Part shown: positions 41,052-50,616 of the stretch, one piece after another
Layout of the letters: each line of letters opens with the position of its first letter
How positions within the stretch are numbered: position 1 is the first letter of the stretch
Source: Candidatus Levyibacteriota bacterium
GTDB taxonomy: Bacteria; Patescibacteriota; Microgenomatia; Levybacterales; UBA12049
Direction: 5' to 3'
DNA: 64,000 nt
Assembly: GCA_041906785.1 (NCBI GenBank)
Contig: JAYRIM010000023.1
Span: 19 to 64,018 of the forward strand
Made by a program: the position numbers and the translations under genes
The notes under the pieces: model-generated
The model's database searches: none
What the model was told of the DNA's origin: nothing
Seen by the model: only the letters and a program-made list of their open reading frames with translations

Positions 41052-42818
41052 CTACTTTTCTATCATGGAGAATAATGCTTCCTGGGGTAGATTGATTTTA
41101 CCAGTACTTAGCATTCGTTTCTTTCCTTTTTTCTGAGCTTCGAGAAGTTTATCTTTTCGCGTTCTATCTCCTCCACTCATTTTCGCAAGTACGTCTTTTC
41201 TAAAAGGCGGAATTTCTTCACGAGCGACAATAGTATTATCAACTGTAGCCTGAATTATTTGGCGGAATTGTTGACGAGGCAAGGATTCTTTTAATTTCGA
41301 AGCTTTTTCGCGCGCTATAAAAAGTGCTTCATCTTTATAAACTAACTCAGATAACACATCAATAGGGTTTGTATTGATCATAATTTGGAGAAATGTTAAA
41401 TTTGCGGGTTTATAGTCTGTTAATTCGTAATCAATACTGGCATATCCTGCAGAAACTGATTTTAAATCTGAAGATAATCCGCGGATAAACATACTGTATG
41501 GCATTTCGTAACTGAGTACTGCATATGCGTCATGATATTGCATATCGATCAGTTCTCCTTTTTTGTTTTGGCAGACAGACATGACACCTCCGACATAATC
41601 TCGAGGGACATAGACAGATAACAGCATGTATGGTTCGAGCATCGTTCCGTTATCATCCTTCTTATAGAGTACTTGGGGCATGGTAAGAAGAAGTTCCAAA
41701 CTAAATTCTTGTTCGAGTCTCTCTTTTACAATTTCTGCATGTAAGAGTCCTAAAAATCCGACGCGAAAACCGCTTCCTAAATAAGCTGAATATTCTTCAG
41801 TATATGTTAATGCTGTATCATTTAAAACAAGTTTTCCTAACGATTCACGGAGTTTTGGAAAATCATCCTGGTTTTTAGGATAAATACCGAAAAATACCAT
41901 GGGCTTAGGGATCGTGTAGCCTGGCAAAGGTTCAATAATGTTGCCATCTTCCCCAATAATTTTTGCATTTTGCATTTTGAATTTTGAACTAATTATCGTA
42001 TCTCCGACACGGCATTGTCTAATGTCTTTAATTCCAGTGATGATATATCCAATTTCTCCTGCTCCAATTTCTCTGGCTGGAGTTAAAAAAGGTGAGAAAT
42101 ATCCAACTTCAGTTACTATTGTCTTTACACCACTTTGGAATAATGTCACTTCGTCTCCTGTTTTTACAGTTCCATCTATAACTCGTACGTATGTAACAAC
42201 TCCCCGATACTCATCATAAACAGCATCAAAAATAAGGGAACGAAGTGGACCATGTATATTTCCTTTCGGACTAGGAATTTTCTCTATAACTTTCTGAAGA
42301 AGTGTTTCAACATTTTCACCCGTCTTTGCTGAGATAGTCATTATCTCTTCTTTTATAAAACCGAATGAATTCACAAGCTCTTTCATAACAATTTCGGTTT
42401 GAGCATTTGGTAAATCTATCTTATTTAAAACAGGAAGTAGCACTAACCCTTCTTTTTTCGCAGCATGATAATGTGCTACTGTTTGTGCTTGAATCCCTTG
42501 AGTAGCATCTACAAGTAAAATTGCCCCTTCACACGCAGCTAAAGTTCGTGAAACTTCATAAGAAAAATCCACATGGCCAGGTGTATCTATAAGGTTCAGT
42601 TCATATTCCACACCATTATGTACATAGCGCATACGCACAGGGGCTAATTTAATTGTAATCCCTCTTTCCCTACTTATTGGATTTTGATCGAGAAATTGCT
42701 CCTGCATTTTATCTTTCGCTATAGTCTTAGTAACTTCTAACAATCTATCTGAAAGTGTCGATTTACCATGATCAATATGTGCGATAATGGCAAAATTTCT
42801 GATCTGATCTAATTTCAT
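41052..42818 (-). CDS. lepA: Elongation factor 4 (LepA). Start at ATG 42818; the track begins at an upstream TTG.
   Basis: G-domain AIIAHIDHGKSTL and the LepA-specific C-terminal domain. TACAAT 8 nt upstream of the ATG. Confidence 0.9.
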   Translation of the reverse strand: MKLDQIRNFAIIAHIDHGKSTLSDRLLEVTKTIAKDKMQEQFLDQNPISRERGITIKLAPVRMRYVHNGVEYELNLIDTPGHVDFSYEVSRTLAACEGAILLVDATQGIQAQTVAHYHAAKKEGLVLLPVLNKIDLPNAQTEIVMKELVNSFGFIKEEIMTISAKTGENVETLLQKVIEKIPSPKGNIHGPLRSLIFDAVYDEYRGVVTYVRVIDGTVKTGDEVTLFQSGVKTIVTEVGYFSPFLTPAREIGAGEIGYIITGIKDIRQCRVGDTIISSKFKMQNAKIIGEDGNIIEPLPGYTIPKPMVFFGIYPKNQDDFPKLRESLGKLVLNDTALTYTEEYSAYLGSGFRVGFLGLLHAEIVKERLEQEFSLELLLTMPQVLYKKDDNGTMLEPYMLLSVYVPRDYVGGVMSVCQNKKGELIDMQYHDAYAVLSYEMPYSMFIRGLSSDLKSVSAGYASIDYELTDYKPANLTFLQIMINTNPIDVLSELVYKDEALFIAREKASKLKESLPRQQFRQIIQATVDNTIVAREEIPPFRKDVLAKMSGGDRTRKDKLLEAQKKGKKRMLSTGKINLPQEALFSMIEK

Positions 42819-42868
42819 ATGAAGCAATTGTACCTTAAGTGCCTACATACGTCTAGCGAAAGCACATT

Positions 42869-44713
42869 TTACCGTGGATTACACTGAAGATTCACGAGTT
42901 GTAGTGATTTACTCGAACCTGGCTGGGTAGGTTGAATGCAATCGTATGCCGTACCTGGTGGAGCAGAAGTCGGTTGCATAGGAGTATCATGTTCTGGACT
43001 TATGCCAATCGAAAGCGTTTGTTCTTCCTGATTTTCGGTTATTGCAAAAGGTGCAGTTAACGCTGCAATCTTACCAGCTATTTTCACAATTACCCTATAT
43101 TCACCTGGGATTAAAATAAGGTAACAATACCCATCACTACTTGTAGTGGCTGTTGGTGGATAGGTACGTTTAGGAAACACAATAAATTCTGCACCTTCAA
43201 TCCCATCCTCACCTGCATCTTGCCGACCGTTTTCATTATTATCTTCAAAAACAAAACATCGAAAACGAATAACTATACGGCGTGGCCTTTCAGTCGGTTT
43301 AGGTGTCACCGTCGCTGTCGGGCGAGGAGTAACAGTAGCAGTTGGACCAATAGTAATAGTAGGAGTTGGACTACTCCCCGGAGGTGGAGTAGCTCCGGCA
43401 GTCGGAGTAACAGTTGGTGTAAGAGATGGCGATGGTGATGTTGTTCCTGAACAAGCAGGATCTTCTAACATTCGCTTCATATTGATTCGTTTCCCACTGA
43501 TGTTTGCATCCGTTGGATCGCCATTTCTCTGTAAACAACTAACAACTTGGTCTCTAGTTAAAGAAGGTTTTTGTGATAATAATAAAGCTACAACGCCAGC
43601 GACATGAGGGGATGCCATAGATGTTCCAGATAATGACGCATAGGTGCTACCTTTATATGTAGAATAAATCCCAGCACCAGGAGCTGCTATCTCTACAGTA
43701 GAACCATAGTTTGAGAAACTTGCTCTTCTGTCGCTACTATCAGTAGCACCTACTGTAACTACACCGTTACAAGATGCCGGAGTAAAATATGCAGCATCCA
43801 TGTGATCATTTCCAGCTGCAACCACCACGATAGTTCCTTTACTCATTGCTGTATTTACTGCATTCTGGTAGGTTGATGTACAGCTTCCTTGTCCACCTAA
43901 GCTCATATTAATTACCTTTGCACCATTATTCGCTGCCCATTCTATACCTCTGACTATCCCTGAAGTTGCTCCAGATCCACTATCTCCTAATACCTGTACA
44001 ATCATAAGCCGTACATCCCAGTTAATACCAGCCACACCTGCCGAATTATTTGTTAACGCTCCTATCGTTCCAGAAACATGCGTACCATGTCCTTGACGAT
44101 CAATAGGGTCATTATCAGCAGAGGTGAAATCAGGACCTTTAATAATATCTCTTGGTAAATCGGGATGGTTATAATCAACGCCTGTATCTAAAACAGCAGC
44201 TATAACAGATTTTGATCCTTTCGCCTTATCCCATGCCTGTTCCATCCCAATTTTTGTATAGTGCCACTGTCTCGAGTAATTAGGATCATTGGGAACTGAA
44301 ATTGCATGAGCAATGTAATCAGCTTCTGTCGTGTGTATTTCATCTATAGCGTTTATTTTTTCACCGGCTTTTTTAATGTCTGTGCCTTTTTCTAAAGTTA
44401 ATATATAAAAGTTTTTTAATCCTCCCTCATCCCCACTGAAAAGTTTCTCTTGAGCTACAACTCCAATATCTTCAAGTTTTTTCCAAGTAATTTTATCGTT
44501 TGGAGAATACCCTTCTGCAAACTCTACAACCAATCTATCAGGAACATATTCCGCACCTTGTTGCAAAACAAAAGGTTTTTTAGAATCTTGTGTTTTTCCA
44601 GACTTGCTAAAAGAATCTTCAAATATAAAAATTAATGCCGAAGTTATAATAAGGAAAGCAATAAGAGATAAAATAAGCCAATTTTTTCTAAGAATATCCC
44701 GGGCAGATTCCAT
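42869..44713 (-). CDS. Membrane-anchored subtilisin-like serine protease (S8) with Thr/Pro linker and C-terminal SdrD-B/Cna-B-like domain
   Basis: Catalytic triad regions VLDTGVDYNHPDL, HGTHVSGTIG, GTSMASPHVAG. DNNENGRQDAGEDGIEGAEFIV resembles the SdrD B-like fold. N-terminal TM. Confidence 0.8.
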   Translation of the reverse strand: MESARDILRKNWLILSLIAFLIITSALIFIFEDSFSKSGKTQDSKKPFVLQQGAEYVPDRLVVEFAEGYSPNDKITWKKLEDIGVVAQEKLFSGDEGGLKNFYILTLEKGTDIKKAGEKINAIDEIHTTEADYIAHAISVPNDPNYSRQWHYTKIGMEQAWDKAKGSKSVIAAVLDTGVDYNHPDLPRDIIKGPDFTSADNDPIDRQGHGTHVSGTIGALTNNSAGVAGINWDVRLMIVQVLGDSGSGATSGIVRGIEWAANNGAKVINMSLGGQGSCTSTYQNAVNTAMSKGTIVVVAAGNDHMDAAYFTPASCNGVVTVGATDSSDRRASFSNYGSTVEIAAPGAGIYSTYKGSTYASLSGTSMASPHVAGVVALLLSQKPSLTRDQVVSCLQRNGDPTDANISGKRINMKRMLEDPACSGTTSPSPSLTPTVTPTAGATPPPGSSPTPTITIGPTATVTPRPTATVTPKPTERPRRIVIRFRCFVFEDNNENGRQDAGEDGIEGAEFIVFPKRTYPPTATTSSDGYCYLILIPGEYRVIVKIAGKIAALTAPFAITENQEEQTLSIGISPEHDTPMQPTSAPPGTAYDCIQPTQPGSSKSLQLVNLQCNPR

Positions 44714-44756
44714 ACTTTATTTATTGTGTCACAGCTCTATTATCTTGTAAAGTCAG

Positions 44757-46283
44757 CTAACGACTTCCAGGCGTACAAATTAGGTTAATAAGCTGAAGCG
44801 CTTTCTTATTTGACGTTCCAGGTGGCAGCACACATTCATATCCAGGACTTAACGTTGGAGTTGGAGTATTAGTAGGTCCCATCGTGGGTGTAGGAGTTGG
44901 TGTTATTCTACTCACTGTACAGCTTGAATCGTTCAGAACCCGGGCGACATTTAGCCTCGGACCTATTGGTTCATCTGTAGAAATAGTATCTGCATTTCTT
45001 ACGAGACAACTCTCTACCTCAGTAGGTGTAAGATATGGATTCAGAGAAAGTAATAATGCAGCTGCTCCTGCCACATGAGGAGCAGAGAAAGAAGTCCCTT
45101 CCCATGAAAAATATTTAATACCTCCTAAAGACCATGATCTTGTTGAATATGTAGAATATATTTCTGCTCCTGGTGCTGATAAATCTACTTCTGGACCATA
45201 ATTAGAAAATGGCGTGTCTAAGATTGGATTTCGTGCTCTCTCATCATTTCTTCCCGTAGCTCCAACAGTTATTACATGTTCACAATTCGCAGGCACCTTA
45301 TATGAAGCTAAACTATTATCATTACCTGCAGAAATAACTAAAACGATATTTTTATTAAATACATAATCAATAACTTCTTGAACTGTAGAAGAACAGCGAC
45401 CAGGCAAACCAGCGCTAAGATTGATTACTTTCGCCCCATTATCGGCTGCATATTTAACTCCTTGTAACATTTCTGATAAATTTCCGGCAAGATTTCTATA
45501 TGATGCTTGAACTGCCATTAATCGGACATTCCAATTCATTCCACTTACGCCTTTTGCATTATCAGTAACTGCACCGATAATTCCAGCTATCATTGTTCCA
45601 TGTCCATTATCATCCATTGGATCTCTACCGTCTCCCCAATATTCCTGATTCGTGACATCTGCACCTTTTATAATATCCGTAGGAAGATCTTCATGTGTGT
45701 AGTCAATACCAGTATCTACTACAGCAACGATAATATTCTTTGACCCCTTCGCTTTTTCCCAAGCTTCTTCCATACCGATCTTTTGCATATTCCATTGTGA
45801 TACTTGATATGAAGAATCATTTGGAATCGCATCAAATTTGACAATTGCATCTCCTTCCACACTTTCTATCTCATCAAATCCATTTACTGTTTCACCTACC
45901 TGTTGTAGCGTATTTCCTTCTTGTAAGTAGAGAATATAATAGGTATCCAATTGGCCTGTTTCGTTCCTATACAATTTTTCTTGGTGTTCAACTCCCGCAT
46001 CGAGTAATTTTTGAAGGATTTTCCTTTTCTCATCAGTATCTGTAATATCATCTGGTCCGTAACCGTCTTTAAATTTAACGATCAGGTGATCTTTCACATA
46101 TTCTGTTTTTGGGTATAAGCTAAATTTCTTTTCAGTATTTTTTTTAACTGCTATCTTTTCAGTCTGTTTTCTCTGGGAAGAAACGAAAAGGATAAATATG
46201 ATCAATATAAAAAAGAATACAGTTACTAACACAGGAAGCACCCATTTTCTTGTAAAAAAAAGTTTAAATTTCTCCTGATACAT
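44757..46283 (-). CDS. Membrane-anchored subtilisin-like serine protease (S8), tandem paralog
   Basis: VVDTGIDYTHEDL, HGTMIAGIIG, GTSFSAPHVAG. Shares a C-terminal Cys-containing tail with 42869-44713. Confidence 0.8.
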   Translation of the reverse strand: MYQEKFKLFFTRKWVLPVLVTVFFFILIIFILFVSSQRKQTEKIAVKKNTEKKFSLYPKTEYVKDHLIVKFKDGYGPDDITDTDEKRKILQKLLDAGVEHQEKLYRNETGQLDTYYILYLQEGNTLQQVGETVNGFDEIESVEGDAIVKFDAIPNDSSYQVSQWNMQKIGMEEAWEKAKGSKNIIVAVVDTGIDYTHEDLPTDIIKGADVTNQEYWGDGRDPMDDNGHGTMIAGIIGAVTDNAKGVSGMNWNVRLMAVQASYRNLAGNLSEMLQGVKYAADNGAKVINLSAGLPGRCSSTVQEVIDYVFNKNIVLVISAGNDNSLASYKVPANCEHVITVGATGRNDERARNPILDTPFSNYGPEVDLSAPGAEIYSTYSTRSWSLGGIKYFSWEGTSFSAPHVAGAAALLLSLNPYLTPTEVESCLVRNADTISTDEPIGPRLNVARVLNDSSCTVSRITPTPTPTMGPTNTPTPTLSPGYECVLPPGTSNKKALQLINLICTPGSR

Positions 46284-46294
46284 ATCTTTAACAG

Positions 46295-49200
46295 TTATTC
46301 TTCTATTGTTGCTTCTAAGGATTGACTTACAGGAGGAGTTTGCTGTTCCTGGACAACTGGAGGTTGCGTATCTTCTTGCTTCACAAGTTCTTCAAGTACA
46401 AATTTACCAGCTTCAAGTTTTGAAGTTAAGTACGCTTGCATCTCAGGTAAGCTAAAACCACCTAGCAAGAGCATAGGAAGTATGTGTGATATTTTTTGCA
46501 TGCCTAATGTAATGTCATTTGCATTCTGCGATGCCAGAAGATTGAGTGTTTCAGTCATAAATTCAATTTCTTGACGTATCCATGCTTTTCTTTCAACTCC
46601 CGAAGGCGGTTCATTCTGTTGATAGTTTTCAATCCACATTTTTCGAACAGCTTCATAATCCTCTACACTTACTTGTTGAAGGTTGTTCGATGTCAGCAAT
46701 GGGGCTGTTTGTATTGAAGTACCGTCTTCTTTTTTAACTTCCAGTTGAGGTAAGTTTCTTTCTTTCGCTATCTCGTTACACGCATTTACAATAGAAATTG
46801 CAATCTTATCTCCTGATTTACTATTTTCAATAAGTTTTTCTCTAATTTCTGTTATTTTTTCTTTCTCTTCTGGTACCATTATTTGTTCAGGATTAATAAT
46901 CTTTATAAGTATATCGTTTATTTTTTCCACATCACTTGGTTTTTGCGTTTTTACAGCATAATCGAACGTCACAATATCACGCAGTGTCGGAACTGACAAA
47001 TTAGTCATCTCTAATAACATGTTTTTTGTCGGTTTGACATCTTCTTCGATAGCATCTAATACAGATTCATCATCCTCTCCAGGAATATCGATCGCTTGTG
47101 CTTGTGCCATTGTCGCTTTTTCAGTAGATGTTTTCTTCTTCACTTCAACAAGTGTATCCTCTTCTGCTTCTTGTTTTTTAAGATCTTCTAGTACGGCTTT
47201 TCCTGCTTCTCGTTTCGCTTTAAGATATGCAAGGATTTCATCCTGCGTAAATCCACCGAGTAATAAGAAAGGCAATATATTTCCCACTTGTTGCATTCCT
47301 TCTTGAATCTTCGTCTGATCACCAGAGCTTAACAATTCTATAATGCCATCTATCTGTTCTACTTCTTGTGATATCCAATCTTTTCTATTATTCCCTCCTT
47401 CTGGTACATCTAGATCTCGATAGTTTTCTTCCCACATTTTACGAACGGCTTCATAATCTTCGAGACTGACTGTCTGAATCCTATTATTCTGTGGGAGAAT
47501 CACTGCTTCAGGCGTTATAACTGTCGCTTCAGCTGCAATTATCGTCAACATATCTACCGCCAGCAGGTCACCTTTTTCTTTTGCTTCAACAAGTTTTTCT
47601 TTCAATGTCTCCATCTGTTGCAGATCAGCTTTCTTTTCTGCTGTATTTCTAATTGACGAGATTATGAGTCCCGCAAGCAGACTTCCTTGCTGTTCTGCTT
47701 GTACTATTTTCTCTTTAACCTTTGTAAATCTACTTCTCTCTTTTTCATTGGTAAGTGTTTCAGGTTTATCAAGCTTTGTAAGTGTGTTTTGTAAAGCTCC
47801 TGTATCCACTTGAGAAATTGCCTTAGACAATAATGAAGTGGCTGCTTTATCTCCATTTAAGCTTGCATCAATGAGTTTTTCTTTAATTTCTCCTAGCTTC
47901 TCGCCTTTCAAGGATTCTTTTGTATTAAGCAGGGTCGTAGCCAGTTCATTACCTTGTTGGCTTTCTTTAATGAGGGTTTCTTTTATCTCTTTTAATTGTT
48001 CTTTTTCTTCTTTCGCAGTAACTTTCTCCGGATCAGCTATGTGACCTAGAACACTATTAAGATTATTATTTATCTGCTGGTTCATTGACATTATGCTTGA
48101 TTGGGATGCTATCTTCGCAGCATGAAGTATAGATGTCGAAACGTTATTTCCTTGTTGTTGGGTTTGTACAAGTCGCTCGCGTATTTTCATAATCTTTTCA
48201 CGTTCCAGAGGATTTGTTATAACTACTGGATTAGCAACCCGAACTAGGGTATCCCGCATTCGATTCACTTCTGACTGTGTACGTACATCTGAAGAACGAC
48301 TTAATGTCTCATATTTAGCAATATCCCGAATAGTAGGAATTGTAAGATTTGTCATGTTCAATATCTCGGAATTCATGAAGTTTTGTCGTAACAAATCTTG
48401 ACGTATTTTCTCCGTATTTGCGATCGCATCAGCAACTGGTAACTGCATAGCATCTCCTGCGCCCTTCGGAAGTTGTGGGATAGCATACTGTTTAAATGGC
48501 AATCGCGCTGTTCCAGTCGGCTGAGCAGGTGGCGGGATAGGTGAAGGCGGAGTTGCAGGAGGATTAATGCGATTCCTCACAAAGTTAAGCATTTGTTGCC
48601 CGCCAGCATTTTCAGTAGTGAAATATGACCATGCATGATCCAGAAAAATTCGTAAAAGAATCCACGGTACGAGAATAACCATCCATAACATAATTAATGC
48701 CACGAGATACAGAGCAAACGTATCAGGGTTATTAATACTATTATCAAGAGCTACTTGTTGACCAGGCCCACCAAGTAAAATATTTATAGATGTTGGGAAA
48801 ATAATCCTCGACTGTGGATTTTCCAGATTAAACTGCATTGGTATTCTTGTTCGCCACAATGCGACTAAACCAGCGAGAAAAATAGAGAATAGCGGTCCAT
48901 ATAATAACCATCTAAAGAATTCGCCAACCCAAATTTTCGCAGTGTTACGTAAAGGATAGTAGAAAAGTAATAATGGAAATATTGGAGAAACAATAATAAA
49001 AAACCAGAGAATTATTTTTCTAATAATCAGAGTAATAACCATGGTGTAGTATGTTAAAGAGGTTATTTTTACGAATAGAAGTGACATAAACGCTGATTCT
49101 GCATTCATATCACCAGATTTTCGTAATCCAAAGAAAGGTCCGTATTGCCATCCTACATAGAGTAAATCCACTTGAGAAATACATGTCGGCGGACATGGCT

Positions 49201-49666
49201 TATTAATATCACTACGTAAGAAAAAACCCTGTACGACATCAAATGTTTGATAAATAAAAGCAATAATACTAAAAGATAAATAGATCAAAATAACTACCCA
49301 AAGAAATCGGGGAATAACTTTCTTAAATGTCAGGCTCTTCCCTCGTGTAGCGATAAGAATAAAGGCTGTCGCCATAACGAAGAGAATAAGTAATGCATAT
49401 GTAAGATTTCGTATTAATGCCCAGAATGGAATGATGGGATTTTGTAAACCCGCTGTTGAAGAAGCCCACTGGTAATCACGTAACGTCCAGTCGAGAAGCA
49501 ACCCGGAACGTGCAGCATTTTTACCTGTAAAAGTTACCTCTGGATCGATAATCCATGTGTTATCTGGTACTACTGGAGCCGGTTGCTGAGTTTGCGCATG
49601 CGTTACAAACGGCACTCCGAAAAAGAAAAGAATAGTTATAACTAATACAGGCAGGAACTTCCTCAT
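46295..49666 (-). CDS. Large (1123 aa) signal-peptide-bearing polytopic membrane protein with internally duplicated about 330-aa helical C-terminal module. Topology reminiscent of VirB6/TrbL-like proteins.
   Basis: Signal peptide, 6-7 TM helices (residues about 85-340), Pro-rich linker PPATPPSPIPPPAQPTG. Two tandem copies of MTNL(T/S)(I/V)PT(I/L)RDI... and S(L/V)EDYEAVRKMW...ILP(F/M)LLLGGF modules. No enzymatic motif. Confidence 0.5.
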   Translation of the reverse strand: MRKFLPVLVITILFFFGVPFVTHAQTQQPAPVVPDNTWIIDPEVTFTGKNAARSGLLLDWTLRDYQWASSTAGLQNPIIPFWALIRNLTYALLILFVMATAFILIATRGKSLTFKKVIPRFLWVVILIYLSFSIIAFIYQTFDVVQGFFLRSDINKPCPPTCISQVDLLYVGWQYGPFFGLRKSGDMNAESAFMSLLFVKITSLTYYTMVITLIIRKIILWFFIIVSPIFPLLLFYYPLRNTAKIWVGEFFRWLLYGPLFSIFLAGLVALWRTRIPMQFNLENPQSRIIFPTSINILLGGPGQQVALDNSINNPDTFALYLVALIMLWMVILVPWILLRIFLDHAWSYFTTENAGGQQMLNFVRNRINPPATPPSPIPPPAQPTGTARLPFKQYAIPQLPKGAGDAMQLPVADAIANTEKIRQDLLRQNFMNSEILNMTNLTIPTIRDIAKYETLSRSSDVRTQSEVNRMRDTLVRVANPVVITNPLEREKIMKIRERLVQTQQQGNNVSTSILHAAKIASQSSIMSMNQQINNNLNSVLGHIADPEKVTAKEEKEQLKEIKETLIKESQQGNELATTLLNTKESLKGEKLGEIKEKLIDASLNGDKAATSLLSKAISQVDTGALQNTLTKLDKPETLTNEKERSRFTKVKEKIVQAEQQGSLLAGLIISSIRNTAEKKADLQQMETLKEKLVEAKEKGDLLAVDMLTIIAAEATVITPEAVILPQNNRIQTVSLEDYEAVRKMWEENYRDLDVPEGGNNRKDWISQEVEQIDGIIELLSSGDQTKIQEGMQQVGNILPFLLLGGFTQDEILAYLKAKREAGKAVLEDLKKQEAEEDTLVEVKKKTSTEKATMAQAQAIDIPGEDDESVLDAIEEDVKPTKNMLLEMTNLSVPTLRDIVTFDYAVKTQKPSDVEKINDILIKIINPEQIMVPEEKEKITEIREKLIENSKSGDKIAISIVNACNEIAKERNLPQLEVKKEDGTSIQTAPLLTSNNLQQVSVEDYEAVRKMWIENYQQNEPPSGVERKAWIRQEIEFMTETLNLLASQNANDITLGMQKISHILPMLLLGGFSLPEMQAYLTSKLEAGKFVLEELVKQEDTQPPVVQEQQTPPVSQSLEATIEE

Positions 49667-49765
49667 AAATAAAGAAGATATATATTCATTAAACGAGATA
49701 TGGGTAGTAATGTCAAATAAAATTTCTAATTGTCGAGCTCAGAAATGTAATAATCTTAGTAATAT

Positions 49766-50566
49766 TTATGATGCGGAAATAATTTCTTGAAGTTTTTTAT
49801 GCAAGGCTGGTGGAGCTGCACAAATTGTAAAGTTTTCAGCTGATTTTGCTAATGGATTAGAATAATCAATCTCTTTTCCAAAAAAATCCGTTACTGTAAC
49901 TCCTGCCTCCTCTAAAAGTATTTGTGGTGCTACATTATCCCAAATCTTTGAGGTCTGATTACACCAACCGCCATATCTTCCTCTCGCGACCATCATAATA
50001 TCAAAACAAGAATTACTTGCTCGATAATTACGAATATTCAAGATGATTTGAGCTAAAAGCTTACATTCATCATATGTTCTTTCGGGGTCTTCTCTATGCC
50101 CATCTAATGCATAAACCACAAGTGTCTTTAGAAGATCAGTCTCCTCTGTAGCGTGTATTGGATCATCATTACATGTTGCACCCATTCCTTTCTCGGCATA
50201 ATAGACGTCTCTAAAATAAGGTAATGCTACTCCTCCAGCAATTGGGACATTCCCTTTCAGTAAACCGATCATTATTCCGTACATGGGTAACCCAGCTGCG
50301 AAATTACTTGTGCCATCAATAGGATCAACAACCCATGTATATTCAGAATTATTATTTATAACCCCGGATTCTTCATCTATAACGTTATGCGCTGGAAAAG
50401 TAGTTTTTATTGCATCCACAAGTAATTCTCCTATTTCAAGATCCGCCTGAGTAAGTACTTGATTACTATCTTCTACTTTTGTCTGACCTTCTACTTTACC
50501 GAAATGTTTATTGGCTATTGTAATTGAGTTATTTAATAAATGTAAAACAAAATCTTTATAAATCAT
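49766..50566 (-). CDS. Inositol monophosphatase family protein (SuhB-like)
   Basis: WVVDPIDGTSNFAAGLP motif and the IMPase C-terminal region. Confidence 0.75.
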   Translation of the reverse strand: MIYKDFVLHLLNNSITIANKHFGKVEGQTKVEDSNQVLTQADLEIGELLVDAIKTTFPAHNVIDEESGVINNNSEYTWVVDPIDGTSNFAAGLPMYGIMIGLLKGNVPIAGGVALPYFRDVYYAEKGMGATCNDDPIHATEETDLLKTLVVYALDGHREDPERTYDECKLLAQIILNIRNYRASNSCFDIMMVARGRYGGWCNQTSKIWDNVAPQILLEEAGVTVTDFFGKEIDYSNPLAKSAENFTICAAPPALHKKLQEIISAS

Positions 50567-50616
50567 TTTTTTATTATAGCAAACTGAGGCTGAAGAATTT
50601 GCTATAATACGTAAGC

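Noticed and set aside
46295-49666. Type IV secretion system locus
   Set aside because: VirB6/TrbL-like topology alone is insufficient. No VirB4, VirB11 or VirD4 ATPases, VirB2 pilin or relaxase are in the window, so a T4SS call is not supported.
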